Part shown: in pieces, positions 49,011 through 50,762 of the stretch
Layout: every line of letters begins with the position of its first letter
Position numbering within the stretch: the first letter of the stretch is position 1
Assembly: GCF_001194135.2 (NCBI RefSeq)
Contig: NC_068987.1
Coordinates: 55,786,899-55,837,660 of the forward strand
Direction of reading: 5' to 3'
Length of the DNA stretch: 50,762 bases
From: Octopus bimaculoides
Taxonomy: Eukaryota
The notes under the pieces: generated by a model
What the model saw: the letters and a program-made list of their open reading frames with translations, nothing else
The model's database searches: none
Told to the model about the DNA's origin: nothing
Position numbers and translations under genes: made by a program

Positions 49011-49375
49011 ATANNNNNNNNNNNNNNNNNNNNNNNNNNNNNNNNNNNNNNNNNNNNNNNNNNNNNNNNNNNNNNNNNNNNNNNNNNNNNNNNNNNNNNN
49101 NNNNNNNNNNNNNNNNNNNNNNNNNNNNNNNNNNNNNNNNNNNNNNNNNNNNNNNNNNNNNNNNNNNNNNNNNNNNNNNNNNNNNNNNNNNNNNNNNNNN
49201 NNNNNNNNNNNNNNNNNNNNNNNNNNNNNNNNNNNNNNNNNNNNNNNNNNNNNNNNNNNNNNNNNNNNNNNNNNNNNNNNNNNNNNNNNNNNNNNNNNNN
49301 NNNNNNNNNNNNNNNNNNNNNNNNNNNNNNNNNNNNNNNNNNNNNNNNNNNNNNNNNNNNNNNNNNNNNNNNNNA

Positions 49376-49441
<66 letters not shown>

Positions 49442-49442
49442 G

Positions 49443-49590
49443 CACCCTTTTAAAGCCTAGCCAGGCTCATGGGCCCGGTTTCCCGGTTTCTATGGCGTAT
49501 GTGTTCCCCTCAGCTGGACGGGACGCCAGTCCATCGCAGCGTTACTCAAGAAACAGGAAGAATGAGTGAGAGAAAGTTGGAGGGAAAGAG
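49443..49590. repeat. Interspersed repeat fragment (octopus-type SINE-like)
   Basis: GC-richer block atgcaccctttt.aagcctagccaggctcatgggcccggtttcccggtttc, recognised from memory as an octopus repeat end. It follows (TAT)n. Confidence 0.45.
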
Positions 49591-49594
49591 TACA

Positions 49595-50540
49595 AATCCA
49601 CTTAATGAAAATAATAACAGTGATATTATTATCGCTAACCATTCTTTGAACAATAATAACAACAATATTAATACTTCTGATATAAATTCGAATCGTATTC
49701 GTCTCCTTAACAGTAATTCTAAGACTAGAAATTCTGTTTATCAATGTAAAATTACTTCCAGTTCTGATGTCTTTTTTTTATATAGGTAACTCATCGTCTC
49801 GGTTGTCGAAAAGAATATCTAACCATTACTCTACCTTTAGACATATAAATAAACGTAACAATACTGGGTTTAGTAAATTAATTTGGTCTCTAAAGGAACA
49901 TAAAAAACAATTCGATTTGGAATGGAAAATTATATCTAGACCCTTCTCATATGACAAAGCTAAATCTTTTTGTCCGCTCTGTAACAAAGAGCAATTTTTC
50001 ATCCTTTTCTCGGCGAATACTCTTGTAAACACGTTTAAGGAACGCATTTATCGTTGTAAAGATTGACAAAAACATACTTTTAGTTCCTATAAAAGATTTC
50101 TACCAATCTATAAAATTTGACCTTTAAATGTTTTCTGGCATTTCATTTCCACTACATGTATCTATTTCCACGCTTTTAAATTTTATTCGCATTCATCCAT
50201 CACATTATATTTTTCCACTCTTAATTTTCTGTTAATTTCTTTCTTTCTCCTCCTTCTATTTCTCTAAATTAGCTTTGTGTTAAATCTATTAACTGTTTTT
50301 TTTTATTTTAAATAACTTGCTAGCGTTCCCCTTCATCATATACGCGGTAATCACATTCGGTTAAAATGGCTTATTGATGTATTTTGTTTCACTTTTTTTT
50401 CCATGACAAGATGATTGTATTGTTTTACATCATTTTTTTATTTCTTCCGAAATAATCTCAATGCTTTTCTCGAAACATATGTTGGAAGTATAAATGATTT
50501 GAATAATACCTGCGTTTGACTCTATTTCTTAATTTAACCA
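49595..50540 (+). mobile_element. 3' fragment of a second PLE type: GIY-YIG endonuclease plus AT-rich 3' UTR
   Basis: SVYQCKIT...(frameshift) FFYIGNSSSRLSKRISNHYSTF...FSKLIWSLK...WKII...CPLCNKE...N..KE...RCKD. The 3' UTR has a hammerhead-like remnant at 50444-50488. Confidence 0.8.
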
Positions 50541-50723
50541 TGTTATATAAAAATATTCCACTTAACCTTGGAATTTCTACTTTTATAAGTAGGCTGTAAT
50601 ATCCTTGGCACTTATGTGAATTTTTGGTACCCTGGTAACTATTTATTTATTTATTTATTTTTTCCTTGTTATTTGTACACATTGAAAAAATACACATACA
50701 TATATATATACATGCATATATAT

Positions 50724-50762
<39 letters not shown>

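Noticed and set aside
1-50762. CRISPR arrays, rRNA or prokaryotic operons
   Set aside because: No repeat-spacer arrays, rRNA-like sequence or dense coding structure. All signals are eukaryotic repeats.

Overview
Repeat-dominated, AT-rich, gap-ridden eukaryotic scaffold with about 20 N-runs, mostly opening inside microsatellites. From memory, the tRNA-headed SINE families and microsatellite load look like an Octopus/coleoid cephalopod short-read assembly. I find no intact host gene. Nearly all listed ORFs are microsatellite or N-gap translations. The recognisable coding content is decayed transposons: two R4/Dong-type RLE LINE relics, a near-complete Penelope-like element (PLE; RT plus C-terminal GIY-YIG), a second PLE endonuclease fragment of a different type, a Tc1-like fragment with DD36E spacing, two maT/DD37D-type relics and mariner fragments. 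There are also many SINE copies, a 377-bp fold-back element, a tRNA-Thr(CGT)-like sequence and minimal hammerhead-ribozyme motifs. The main observation is at 23.5-26.8 kb. The PLE carries, upstream of and in frame with the start of its RT ORF, a Ulp1/SENP-like (C48) cysteine-protease domain. Its catalytic His lies in a 5' segment that has been inverted with a 27-bp duplicated junction, so the His-Asp-Gln-Cys set only appears when the inversion is undone.
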